DNA from: a virus
Taxonomy: Duplodnaviria; Caudoviricetes
Direction: 5' to 3' (one strand)
IMG/VR virus record: IMGVR_UViG_3300020042_006673
Span: 953-64,952 of that record
DNA length: 64,000 nucleotides
Of this stretch, positions 37,810-46,991 are shown in pieces; the first letter of the stretch is position 1; every line of letters starts with the position of its first letter. The notes under the pieces are model-generated. The model saw only the letters and a list, made by a program, of their open reading frames with translations, was not told where the DNA came from and did no database searches. A program made the position numbers and the translations under genes.

Positions 37810-40074
37810 ATGAGACAAAATTTAATTGATTCACTCACCCGCAGGTATGTAAGAGAGCTTGTTGTTCAAAACCCTGTTAGCTTTATTAAAGAGTATAAGC
37901 CTGAGGACTATATCGATGCTGTTACCTCTATTGTGTACTTATACACAAGAGCGGGCAAAGGCCGTGATAAAAAGCTTATACAATTCTCAGAAGTGATTTC
38001 CGCCATAGGTCATGCTATACGTACAAAGTATAAGCTTAAACGTGATTCTGCGTTATCTGCTAAACTCGGAGCTTTCCTTTTATATAGCTTTCAGGAGCTG
38101 GGGATGATACAAGTTAGTCTGGAGAAGGCGCCTAATGGACATAACGTATATGGAATTACAGTAACTAATGAGGATGCTCTAGGTAAACTATGGAATGTTA
38201 TTGATGAGTCTGTGACTGAAAAACTACCATCTCTAACACCGTACCCTGATTGGTTATCTGGCAAACAACCAAATGGAACATCCCTTGTTAAGACTAACTC
38301 TAAAGATGTTATATCTAGTCTATCTCCAGAAACACATCCTATTGTATTTAATTGTGTGAACAGAGCGCAAAAGGTCGGTTGGATGGTAAATGCAGCTGTA
38401 TATGAAATATATACATGGGCTTTAAGGAATAAGGCTGATGCCTTCCACGAAATATGGGAAATGCAGAGTCAAGAGGCTAAGACATCGAAGCTTAGAGAAG
38501 CCAAGGCCATAGGTACGATTGCGAAGAGATTCATGGGTAAGATCTTCTACCATCTGTATTACTTAGATTTCCGTGGAAGAAAATATCCTGCAACTGCATA
38601 TTTTCATGAACAGGGAACTGATCTCGCAAAAGGTCTATTGTTAAGAGCAGATTCTAAACCTATAACGGAGCAGGGCTACTATTGGTTATTAATATCTATT
38701 GCCTCGAATTGGGCTGGCGATGCCGGTAGAGAAGACCAAGCAAAGACTGATAAAATACCATTAAATGACCGAGTATATTGGGCAGAGGATAATGAAGAGA
38801 TTTTGATGTCATACGCCGTAAATCCTAAAGTTAACCAAGGTTGGATGCGTGCTGATAAGCCTTGGCAATTTCTAGCTGCATGTATGGAATGGCATAAAGC
38901 AAAATCTTGGGTTATTACTGCTAATTTTGGTAGAGTGTTACAAGGGCTTCCTCCCCTTACAATATATGACTATGTGTCTCACCTTGAATGTTATATAGAT
39001 GGTTCTACAAATGGAAGTCAACATTTAGCAGCGTTAATGCGCGATGAAGTGACTGCACCATATGTCAATCTCATACCACAAGAACTTCCTGGAGATTTAT
39101 ATCGATATGTTGCAGAGCATGTTTGGCATAAATTGGATAAAATAACTTCCAAACTTTCATCAGAACAATCTAAGGCTTGTAATGAGATTATCGATAATTT
39201 AAAAGATATTAAAAAGCAAATATCCGATACACCAGAACGTTCGGATCGTAGAAAAGAAGCTTATGCTGAAATGATTTTGTATAAAGAAGATCATAAAGAC
39301 TCTTTTGAGCTTGCTGCTCCTGTTTTTTGGAATAGAATTAAGGATGCTAAAGAGAGAAGGAAGATTGTAAAAAGGGGTGTCATGACGCTACCTTATGGTG
39401 GAACTGCTTACGGGTTAGGTCAACAGGTTATCGATGATTCACGTAAACATGGCATTGATCTGTTACTTTATGGTGAACATAAATGGAGCAGTTATATGGG
39501 GAAACTTATCTTCGATGATTGTCGAGAAAGTTTGAAACGACCTATGAGACTGTTAAGTATATTTGAAAGTGTCGGTAAGAAAGCAGAAGCTGATGGCAAG
39601 TTTTTAAAATGGTCATTGCCGTTGACTAATTTTCCTGTAGTTCAACATTATGTGGAAGGTAAGGTTAGAAAAATATATGTTCAGTATGGCCCACAGGATG
39701 GATATAGAGACAGCTCGGGCTATTACGAAAACACCTTTCAGGTAAATATCTGTTTCATTGAAGATACTAAACCTAGTAAAAAGAAGCAATCACAAGCTGC
39801 CGCACCTAACGCTATACACAGCTTAGATGCAGCACATCTTATGCTTGCATGCAGTCGAACGGAGTTCCCTGTGACAACAATTCATGATAGCTTTGGGTGT
39901 TTATTATCTGAGATGCCTGAGCTGTTCGTTGTTATAAGAGAAACATTCGTAGAGTTGTATAATCAAAATCCTTTAAAGGTATTATTGGAGGATATGGGAG
40001 GCTCATTGGATGGAATTGAAATGGGTAATTTAGATATTAGCCTAATTTTAGACAGTGAATACGCTTTTAGCTAA
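37810..40074 (+). CDS. T7-like single-subunit DNA-directed RNA polymerase (RNAP2)
   Basis: YYLDFRGRKYP, motif A YIDGSTNGSQH, motif B RKIVKRGVMTLPYG, APNAIHSLDAAHL, motif C TIHDSFG. Confidence 0.97.
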   Translation: MRQNLIDSLTRRYVRELVVQNPVSFIKEYKPEDYIDAVTSIVYLYTRAGKGRDKKLIQFSEVISAIGHAIRTKYKLKRDSALSAKLGAFLLYSFQELGMIQVSLEKAPNGHNVYGITVTNEDALGKLWNVIDESVTEKLPSLTPYPDWLSGKQPNGTSLVKTNSKDVISSLSPETHPIVFNCVNRAQKVGWMVNAAVYEIYTWALRNKADAFHEIWEMQSQEAKTSKLREAKAIGTIAKRFMGKIFYHLYYLDFRGRKYPATAYFHEQGTDLAKGLLLRADSKPITEQGYYWLLISIASNWAGDAGREDQAKTDKIPLNDRVYWAEDNEEILMSYAVNPKVNQGWMRADKPWQFLAACMEWHKAKSWVITANFGRVLQGLPPLTIYDYVSHLECYIDGSTNGSQHLAALMRDEVTAPYVNLIPQELPGDLYRYVAEHVWHKLDKITSKLSSEQSKACNEIIDNLKDIKKQISDTPERSDRRKEAYAEMILYKEDHKDSFELAAPVFWNRIKDAKERRKIVKRGVMTLPYGGTAYGLGQQVIDDSRKHGIDLLLYGEHKWSSYMGKLIFDDCRESLKRPMRLLSIFESVGKKAEADGKFLKWSLPLTNFPVVQHYVEGKVRKIYVQYGPQDGYRDSSGYYENTFQVNICFIEDTKPSKKKQSQAAAPNAIHSLDAAHLMLACSRTEFPVTTIHDSFGCLLSEMPELFVVIRETFVELYNQNPLKVLLEDMGGSLDGIEMGNLDISLILDSEYAFS

Positions 40075-40084
40075 GGAGACTGAG

Positions 40085-40531
40085 ATGTTGAAAATTAAAT
40101 TCGTGGAAGATTGTAATGTAATGCCTAAAGGTCTCATTAAGGAATTTTTAAAGAATAATGTACTGCTCCTTAGAAATGGTGAGGATGGTTATTATAAAGA
40201 GCATCCTGAATTTATAGAAGACATGTCCTACGATATTCTGATCGACAATAAATGTGATAATTTGAAGAAAGGTGTTCCTCACCTTAACGACTCGGAAGAA
40301 GGACTCTTTTGCAAAGACGGTAATGGAAATTATGGATGGTGTTGGGAAGCATTTGATTATCATCCAGAGATTGGCTTATTCGAGATCATTATTTGTATGA
40401 ATGATGCATTGTGCATTGGTTATTGGATCCCTAACGATTCTTGGATGAATCCTGAAATTAAGAGAATTTTGTGTGAAAAACTGAATATAGAAATTCCTGA
40501 GCCTCAAATGGAGTATTTCCAATGTTGCTAA
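40085..40531 (+). CDS. Hypothetical protein
   Basis: AAGGAG RBS before ATG 40085. Confidence 0.65.
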   Translation: MLKIKFVEDCNVMPKGLIKEFLKNNVLLLRNGEDGYYKEHPEFIEDMSYDILIDNKCDNLKKGVPHLNDSEEGLFCKDGNGNYGWCWEAFDYHPEIGLFEIIICMNDALCIGYWIPNDSWMNPEIKRILCEKLNIEIPEPQMEYFQCC

Positions 40532-40761
40532 CTAAAATATCAATGTTGACTAAAAAGGAGAATTCAAGAGAAATAGATATAACCCAGGATAGGATAGATG
40601 CTTGGAGAAGTTGCCAAACCAAAAGATCACGTCAGTTAATACGAGACGCATTTCCACACCTTTCGGAGGATGATCGTGAATTTATTTTGACAGGAATCAC
40701 TCCAGAGGAGTGGGACGAAGCAATGGCTAATGAGACTCCAGGCTTTGAGTTTGATAATTAA
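40522..40761 (+). CDS. Hypothetical protein
   Basis: LSEDDREFILTGITPEEW motif. Confidence 0.65.
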   Translation: MLLTKISMLTKKENSREIDITQDRIDAWRSCQTKRSRQLIRDAFPHLSEDDREFILTGITPEEWDEAMANETPGFEFDN

Positions 40762-40778
40762 TTAATTAAGGATATAAA

Positions 40779-41342
40779 ATGGCACTGTTAAATAATGTTG
40801 CACTGTGGTATGCAAAGTTGGATCCTAAAAAACCTAATGCTAAAATGGATAAAGAAAACCCAACTTGGGAAGTCCAAATTAGAACATCTGATCCTGCCCA
40901 GAAGGATGACTGGGTAACTAATAATTTAAAGCCTAAGCTTATGGTTTACAAGGAAGGAGATCCTAAAGAAGGTGAACCTATGCTCGATGACGAGGGCCGT
41001 AAGCAGTGGAAGGTTGTCCTACGAAAGCGTTCACGGAAGAAAGATTCTAAATTACCAGCTGCTGATTGGGAACGGACTGATCCACCTGAAGTTGTAGATG
41101 GTGGATTGAATCCTATCGATCCAACTAGTATTGGGAATGGCTCGATTGCAAACATCCGTATCTTCCAGCACGAGCATGTTTACGAGGGAAAGCCTGGCGT
41201 ATCTTCGGTGCTTATGAAAATTCAAATCATTAAGCATATTATCTATGTGCCCAAACCATTCGATGACGACTTCTCTGAATGTGAGACTGAAGTTATTGCA
41301 CCTCAAATGGAAGACAGCGATACACCTGATCCAAAATTCTAA
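40779..41342 (+). CDS. Single-stranded DNA-binding protein (T7 gp2.5-like)
   Basis: WYAKLDP...WEVQIR, IGNGSIANI, acidic C-terminal tail ending in F. Confidence 0.75.
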   Translation: MALLNNVALWYAKLDPKKPNAKMDKENPTWEVQIRTSDPAQKDDWVTNNLKPKLMVYKEGDPKEGEPMLDDEGRKQWKVVLRKRSRKKDSKLPAADWERTDPPEVVDGGLNPIDPTSIGNGSIANIRIFQHEHVYEGKPGVSSVLMKIQIIKHIIYVPKPFDDDFSECETEVIAPQMEDSDTPDPKF

Positions 41343-41344
41343 GG

Positions 41345-41941
41345 ATGAGCATGAGATATACATATACGAGTTTCAAAGATGGACTTAGGACGGATGTGAC
41401 AACTAACTACAATGATATTCCTGAGATCGTGGGGTACACTAGCGGCTATGTTGACGTTTACGATAATTTACATGAAGCTCACGTAGCTCGATTAGTTACC
41501 GCAGAAGACTTCGAAGTATTTCGAGAGGGTCTTGAGAAGGCGCATGCTTGGAAAGATCGGCCTGTTGCGCCTCACCTGCACACACACTATATCGGGGAGG
41601 ATAGCGGCGCAGATGCGGCTAACTATATTCCACATAACATCCCACCTTCAAGTGAGGTGCAAAAAGACCATATCAATCCATCGCACTATAAGGGCTTTGT
41701 GAAAGATATGCAATGGATGGAGGCTCAGCAGTACATTATTGGTGAACGAAAGGGAGCGGTTGCGTTCAAGGCTGCTGTCGAAATGATGGCTAGAAAGTAT
41801 TTGGATCGTAATGGCGGGAAGGACGCCGAGCTGCAAGAGTTGGAGAAGTGTCTTTGGTACTTGAAGTTTCTAGTGGCTTATGTAAAGAACGGAAACAAGC
41901 CTATTGAGATAAAAGACATCGATACTATTTTAAGGAAGTAG
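41345..41941 (+). CDS. DUF3310-domain protein
   Basis: DHINPSHY...KYLDRNGGKD...ELEKCLWYL. Confidence 0.75.
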   Translation: MSMRYTYTSFKDGLRTDVTTNYNDIPEIVGYTSGYVDVYDNLHEAHVARLVTAEDFEVFREGLEKAHAWKDRPVAPHLHTHYIGEDSGADAANYIPHNIPPSSEVQKDHINPSHYKGFVKDMQWMEAQQYIIGERKGAVAFKAAVEMMARKYLDRNGGKDAELQELEKCLWYLKFLVAYVKNGNKPIEIKDIDTILRK

Positions 41942-41984
41942 ATATTAGTAGCTGATGGGTTCCTCGGCTTCCTAGGAGAATATA

Positions 41985-43850
41985 TTGTCTAGATATGTTT
42001 TTGACATCGAGACTGACGGTCTTTTGGATGTACTGACACGGTGTTGGATTATCGTAGCTAAGGATATAGATACAAAGCGTGTTTCAAAATGGTATGAGGG
42101 CGACCTTTCATGGCGGCCTGTGTTTGACAAGGCTTCACTGGTTGTTGGTCATAATATTTTAGGATTTGACTTACCTGCTTTAGAAAAGTTATTTGGCTAT
42201 AGGTTACCGAAAACTGTTATGACACACGATACTATGTTAATGTCCCTAATTATGAATTACAAAAGATTTGGAAACGATGGGCATAGTATGGAAGTTTGGG
42301 GCGAGCATCTCAGTCAACCTAAACAGGAACATGAAGATTGGACTCAATTCTCTCCAGAGATGGAATCTAGATGTGTGACTGATGTGGATCTTAATGAGAA
42401 AATGTACCGAGTTCTAATGCAAGAAGTTAAGAGCTTGGCTGCAAAAGAGCCAAAGATATTGACATATCTGAAAGCAGAGCATGCTGTTTCTAAGTGGTGT
42501 TCTGCAGCAAATTTGTATGGTTGGCCATTTGATGTTCCTACCGCTACTATTCTACTAGATGAAATGTTAGTTGAATTAACAAATGCTAGAGAAAAGATTA
42601 CACCGCTACTAGGGGCTAAAACTGTTGCCGTAGATAAATGTAAGGGTGTTGTTGAATCCAAGAAACCTAAATGGGTTAAATCTGGGGCATATGATGCTCA
42701 CTTAGCTAGATGGTTTGATATAAACCCTTATAGCGGGCAGGATGATGATCGTTTAGTTGAGGGTGAGTACTGTCGTGTTGAATTTGTAAATTTAAGTCTA
42801 GATAATAGTGATGATGTCAAGCTATTCTTGTTCAGGCACGGATGGGAGCCTACTGAATTTAATTATAAAAAAGATCCTATAACAGGAAGAAAGATACAGT
42901 CTTCTCCTAAAGTAACAGAGGATAGCTTGGAACTTCTAGAAGGTAATGGTAAGCTGTATACTGATTTTTTGACGACTAAGTCTCGATATGGCCTTCTGAA
43001 AGGTTGGTTGGAGAACGTAGATAGTAATGGTGTACTTCATGGTGATTGCTTTACAATAGGCACTCCAAGTATGCGAGCCAGGCATTCGATTATTGTCAAT
43101 GTACCGTCTCCTGAAGTCCCTTGGGGAAAGGAAATTCGGCAGTTGTTTATAACTAAACCTGGCTGGAAGTTAATTGGTTGTGACAGTGCAGGTAATCAGG
43201 CACGAGGTCTAGCACATTACTTAGGTTCACCTGAATTTATCGATGTATTATTGAATGGGGACATTCACCAGAAAAATGCTGATACGCTAACTAATGTTTT
43301 GAAAGATATGGGAATAGACTTTAAAGTTTCTAGAGCCTCTGCTAAAAGGATTTTATATGCATTTCTTTTTGGAGCGTCTGGTAAGAAGCTTTGGAGCTAC
43401 ATCTTTGGTGTAATGGATGTGGAGAAGGGTAATAAACTAAAACTAGGATTTATTAAAGCTGTGCCTGGGTTTAAAGACTTATTAGATAAGCTAGAAAATA
43501 TCTTTGGGAAGACAAAGCAGTTCGGTCATGGATATATCCCATCAATTGCAGGTAATAGAATTTATGTAGATTCTTTTCATAAGCTACTGGTCTATTTACT
43601 GCAGTCTTGTGAGAAAGCTACTTGCTCTGCTGCTGTTATGCTGACAATGGAGCGGCTGGAAGCGGCTAATATCCCCTACCAGCCAGTCATTATGATGCAT
43701 GATGAAGAAGATTTTCTAGTTCCAGAAGAATTCGCAGAGGAAGCTGCTGCCATTGGCAAACAAGCCTTTGTAGATGGACCTAAGTTATTTGGAATAGAAA
43801 TAATGGATGGTTCGGCTAAGATCGGAAACAACTGGTATGATATTCATTAA
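41985..43850 (+). CDS. DNA polymerase, family A (T7 gp5-like) with 3'-5' exonuclease
   Basis: VFDIETDG, GHNILGFD, motif A IGCDSAGNQARGLAHY, motif B AKRILYAFLFG, motif C MMHDE; TTG start with GGAG RBS. Confidence 0.97.
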   Translation: MSRYVFDIETDGLLDVLTRCWIIVAKDIDTKRVSKWYEGDLSWRPVFDKASLVVGHNILGFDLPALEKLFGYRLPKTVMTHDTMLMSLIMNYKRFGNDGHSMEVWGEHLSQPKQEHEDWTQFSPEMESRCVTDVDLNEKMYRVLMQEVKSLAAKEPKILTYLKAEHAVSKWCSAANLYGWPFDVPTATILLDEMLVELTNAREKITPLLGAKTVAVDKCKGVVESKKPKWVKSGAYDAHLARWFDINPYSGQDDDRLVEGEYCRVEFVNLSLDNSDDVKLFLFRHGWEPTEFNYKKDPITGRKIQSSPKVTEDSLELLEGNGKLYTDFLTTKSRYGLLKGWLENVDSNGVLHGDCFTIGTPSMRARHSIIVNVPSPEVPWGKEIRQLFITKPGWKLIGCDSAGNQARGLAHYLGSPEFIDVLLNGDIHQKNADTLTNVLKDMGIDFKVSRASAKRILYAFLFGASGKKLWSYIFGVMDVEKGNKLKLGFIKAVPGFKDLLDKLENIFGKTKQFGHGYIPSIAGNRIYVDSFHKLLVYLLQSCEKATCSAAVMLTMERLEAANIPYQPVIMMHDEEDFLVPEEFAEEAAAIGKQAFVDGPKLFGIEIMDGSAKIGNNWYDIH

Positions 43851-43861
43851 AGGGGATAATT

Positions 43862-44116
43862 TTGGCAGAGAATCATTACGGTAAAATTTCAGCAGCAATC
43901 TCGCGTATGCAAGATCGTAACGATAAAGTACGTAGATCAATACAACTAAAAGATTCGAATGAAAGAGTTAAGCTGGCTAAAAGCGAAGATGGAAATTGTA
44001 AACGGTGTGATAAGTGTAAAATTTTACCTTACGGAATATTTAAATGCTTACTCAAGGTAAAGTTTGTTAAAGAGTACTCGATTTGCCCCGAGTATAAATT
44101 AAAGGAGTTAGTATGA
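43862..44116 (+). CDS. Hypothetical Cys-rich protein
   Basis: CKRCDKC...C...CP. Confidence 0.55.
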   Translation: MAENHYGKISAAISRMQDRNDKVRRSIQLKDSNERVKLAKSEDGNCKRCDKCKILPYGIFKCLLKVKFVKEYSICPEYKLKELV

Positions 44117-44313
44117 CATTTTTAAGTAAGATTTTAGGTATGGCATTACACATAGCTGACCCGGCGCCTAAGCGAATGTTACATCTGGTACCTACAGGAG
44201 AGACATTACCTGGCTCCAATGTTCAAGTATACAAAGTCAATTGGTATGTTCTTGAACGAAATAAATATGCCCCATGGGGTCGTGGCTTGTCTGGTGGAAA
44301 AATATTAATTTAA
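44113..44313 (+). CDS. Hypothetical protein
   Basis: AAGGAG RBS. Confidence 0.6.
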   Translation: MTFLSKILGMALHIADPAPKRMLHLVPTGETLPGSNVQVYKVNWYVLERNKYAPWGRGLSGGKILI

Positions 44314-44331
44314 TTAAACTAAGGAGTAATT

Positions 44332-44553
44332 ATGAGTGGGTTTTCAGAAGTTATCCAGTATGCGCATGTAGCGCCTGATAAAGAGGCAGTCCATAAACTA
44401 GAATCGAAAAGACAAGAAGTCAAAGACCGTATGCAGGTTTTTATTTCAGATAAAAACTTCAAGTACGTAACGTCAGATTTCTCAGATATTCGAAAGACAT
44501 TTAAGGAGGTAACTTTTGACGAATTCGGAGAACCTGTCGGCCAAGTGGTTTAA
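44332..44553 (+). CDS. Hypothetical protein
   Basis: AAGGAG RBS. Confidence 0.6.
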   Translation: MSGFSEVIQYAHVAPDKEAVHKLESKRQEVKDRMQVFISDKNFKYVTSDFSDIRKTFKEVTFDEFGEPVGQVV

Positions 44554-44815
44554 AGATCAATTTGGAGATTACGTGGATATACCGGCTTGCTACAAGAAAT
44601 TGTTAGAGGAGGTCGGTGAGCTAGGGGAAGCATTGATGCATAACAACTCACAAGAAATACGGGTTGAGTTGGGTGACATACTAAATGCTCTAAATCAAAT
44701 CGTAAGGACGACATGTCCTCCTGGAGTAGGTTTTGAAGACGTTCTTCAGGAGGCAGTTGTTCGTTGTGGATATAAGACATATGACAAACAAGGTGGAAAA
44801 GGAAGAAACGTCTAA
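44516..44815 (+). CDS. mazG: MazG-like nucleotide pyrophosphohydrolase
   Basis: KLLEEVGELGEAL...ELGDIL (EExxE/ExxD); exact start uncertain. Confidence 0.8.
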   Translation: MTNSENLSAKWFKDQFGDYVDIPACYKKLLEEVGELGEALMHNNSQEIRVELGDILNALNQIVRTTCPPGVGFEDVLQEAVVRCGYKTYDKQGGKGRNV

Positions 44816-44954
44816 AGAGACTTTTTTTTGCTATGGTTGCCAATCTAGGAAACCGGTTGAAGGCAGTAGTAAAAATTTAGGCAAAGGCCGTTATACGAGA
44901 CGGTCATGTAGAGAGTGTAGGATAACCCAACAGATGAATCGGAGGATGCTTTAA
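44781..44954 (+). CDS. Small zinc-ribbon protein
   Basis: CYGC...CREC; start moved to the internal ATG. Confidence 0.45.
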   Translation: MTNKVEKEETSKETFFCYGCQSRKPVEGSSKNLGKGRYTRRSCRECRITQQMNRRML

Positions 44955-45224
44955 ATGATGAAACCTTTACCTTTTGCAAGAGCAAGACATGTTAAAGCTT
45001 TCAATGGAACTGTGCATACTACGAGCTCAGGTTTCGAAGGGACACCTATAATGATTATTCCTGAAGAAGGCCTATATGTCACGTGCCACAAGCTGGATTG
45101 GTGGTCCAGAATAAAGGCACTCTTATTTGGTGTTATGTGGACGGAATACGATAAAAGGGTGAAATTCGTCTCTGTATCTTTTAATAAAAAATTAAAGAGG
45201 TCTAAACATGCTCGTATTATTTGA
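44955..45224 (+). CDS. Hypothetical protein
   Basis: GGAGG RBS. Confidence 0.6.
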   Translation: MMKPLPFARARHVKAFNGTVHTTSSGFEGTPIMIIPEEGLYVTCHKLDWWSRIKALLFGVMWTEYDKRVKFVSVSFNKKLKRSKHARII

Positions 45225-46092
45225 CGGTGATGTTATTGCCTATATGTGTTTCAAGAATCGTAATGGTTCTGAAAATTTATATTCTGTCACTACACGTGAG
45301 TATACAGTAGAGGAAGACGCCGAATACTTAGAGACTAGCTGGGAAAATTTTAAGAAGATAGTAGATGATGTCATGGACATTTGTTTTGCCAATTGTTTTA
45401 AAATGGCTATGAAGGGCGATGGAAATTTTCGTACAGCGATATATCCTGAATACAAAGCAAACAGAAATAAACGGCCAGATAAAACTAATTATCTTGTTAA
45501 TTTTATTCGAAAACGCGCTATTGATGATGGGTATGCGACACCCGCAGATGGCTGTGAAGCAGATGACTTAATCGCCGAATGGGCATACGAAGCAAAAATG
45601 GCAAATGAGCATTTTGTAATTTGTTCCATTGATAAAGATCTTCTAACAATTCCAGGAAAACACTACCGATTAAAAAATAAAGAATTCTTTGACTCTACAC
45701 CTGAGTTTGCTAACCGATTCTTTTTTGAGCAACTGCTGAAAGGCGATCCTACTGATAATATAAAAGGGCTACCCGGTATTGGAGAAGTAAAAGCTAAAAA
45801 GATCCTGTCTGATCTTACTACAGTCCAGCAGTTTCAACAAGAGGTTGTAGACCAGTATTTCTACTCTTTTGAAAAAGATTGGCGCAAGGAATTAGAGTTG
45901 ACAGGACATATGATTTATTTACGTAGGTCCAAAGACGATGCGTTCTCATTGAGCGACTGGACATTTGAAGATCCACTTGATTTAATAGAGGAAGCAGATG
46001 CAACAGTTATTAATAACAACACAACAGTCGGCTTGGATGTACCTAAAGAAACAAATTCAATGTCACCAAGTAGATTCAAAGTACCATGTTAG
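45208..46092 (+). CDS. 5'-3' exonuclease (T7 gp6 / FEN-like)
   Basis: FDGDVIAY, NFR...YPEYKANR, EADDL, SIDKDL, GDPTDNIKGLPGIG. Confidence 0.93.
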   Translation: MLVLFDGDVIAYMCFKNRNGSENLYSVTTREYTVEEDAEYLETSWENFKKIVDDVMDICFANCFKMAMKGDGNFRTAIYPEYKANRNKRPDKTNYLVNFIRKRAIDDGYATPADGCEADDLIAEWAYEAKMANEHFVICSIDKDLLTIPGKHYRLKNKEFFDSTPEFANRFFFEQLLKGDPTDNIKGLPGIGEVKAKKILSDLTTVQQFQQEVVDQYFYSFEKDWRKELELTGHMIYLRRSKDDAFSLSDWTFEDPLDLIEEADATVINNNTTVGLDVPKETNSMSPSRFKVPC

Positions 46093-46241
46093 ATTTAAAA
46101 TACAACAGTTAGGGGTTGCTATAAGTAGGGAAAGAATCTTGATAGGAACTACGATAGAAGTTTCCGATGATGTTGTTAAAATCTTCCCTATTACCCTACC
46201 GGATTCAACTCATAGACTAATGTGTATAAGGGAGTTTATGA

Positions 46242-46787
46242 ATGTTTGACCCATCTAAATTTAAAGCACCAGCTTTTGTTGCTACTGTACCTGAAAATAA
46301 AGTTGTAAGCAAAACTATTATCAAACGCGTTTCACTAGAAGGTGTTGTAGGCTCTAGAGTGGACCGACGTGATTACAGAGGTAATGGTCATTGGGATTTC
46401 CCAACAGATATGGGTGTATCTAATGCAATCGGTTTTATATATGTTATACGTAATAATATTACAGGTCGAGCTTACATCGGTAAAAAGTTTTACAAAGGCA
46501 CAGGTAAGTTAAATAAAGGTCAGAGCACTAATTGGGCATGGTACATTAGTAGTAGTAAAGAGCTTTCTGAAGATGTAAAGACTTTAGGTAAAGAGAACTT
46601 CTCATTCTTTTGTATTGAGGAATATGCTACGAAAGGTTCTCTATCTTGGGCAGAAACTTGGAGTATATGCCATGTAAGAGCGCCAGAATTTCAAGATAAA
46701 TGGTACAATCTATTAATTAATAAAGTTTCCTGGAAGGTTAAAGCAGGAATAACACAACGACACTTAACGCGATTAGGAGAATTCTAA
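46242..46787 (+). CDS. GIY-YIG (Seg-like) endonuclease
   Basis: GFIYVIRNNITGRAYIGKK...WYISSS...YN. Confidence 0.8.
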   Translation: MFDPSKFKAPAFVATVPENKVVSKTIIKRVSLEGVVGSRVDRRDYRGNGHWDFPTDMGVSNAIGFIYVIRNNITGRAYIGKKFYKGTGKLNKGQSTNWAWYISSSKELSEDVKTLGKENFSFFCIEEYATKGSLSWAETWSICHVRAPEFQDKWYNLLINKVSWKVKAGITQRHLTRLGEF

Positions 46788-46991
46788 ATGGTAACCATTT
46801 ACATTAATTTAGGCTTTTTGTTGGTAATGTTTACTTCAATATTTGTCATAAAAAATAAGGAAACACTCAGTCTTATTATAGAATTATGTATAACAGCCAT
46901 GATTATTCTTGCGCTATATACGATAGTTCAATCACTTTCAAATTACATGATTTGTAATTTTAACCCTTTTGAGTGTCGTTTGGAGAATTGA
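46788..46991 (+). CDS. Small membrane protein
   Basis: GGAG RBS, two hydrophobic segments. Confidence 0.5.
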   Translation: MVTIYINLGFLLVMFTSIFVIKNKETLSLIIELCITAMIILALYTIVQSLSNYMICNFNPFECRLEN

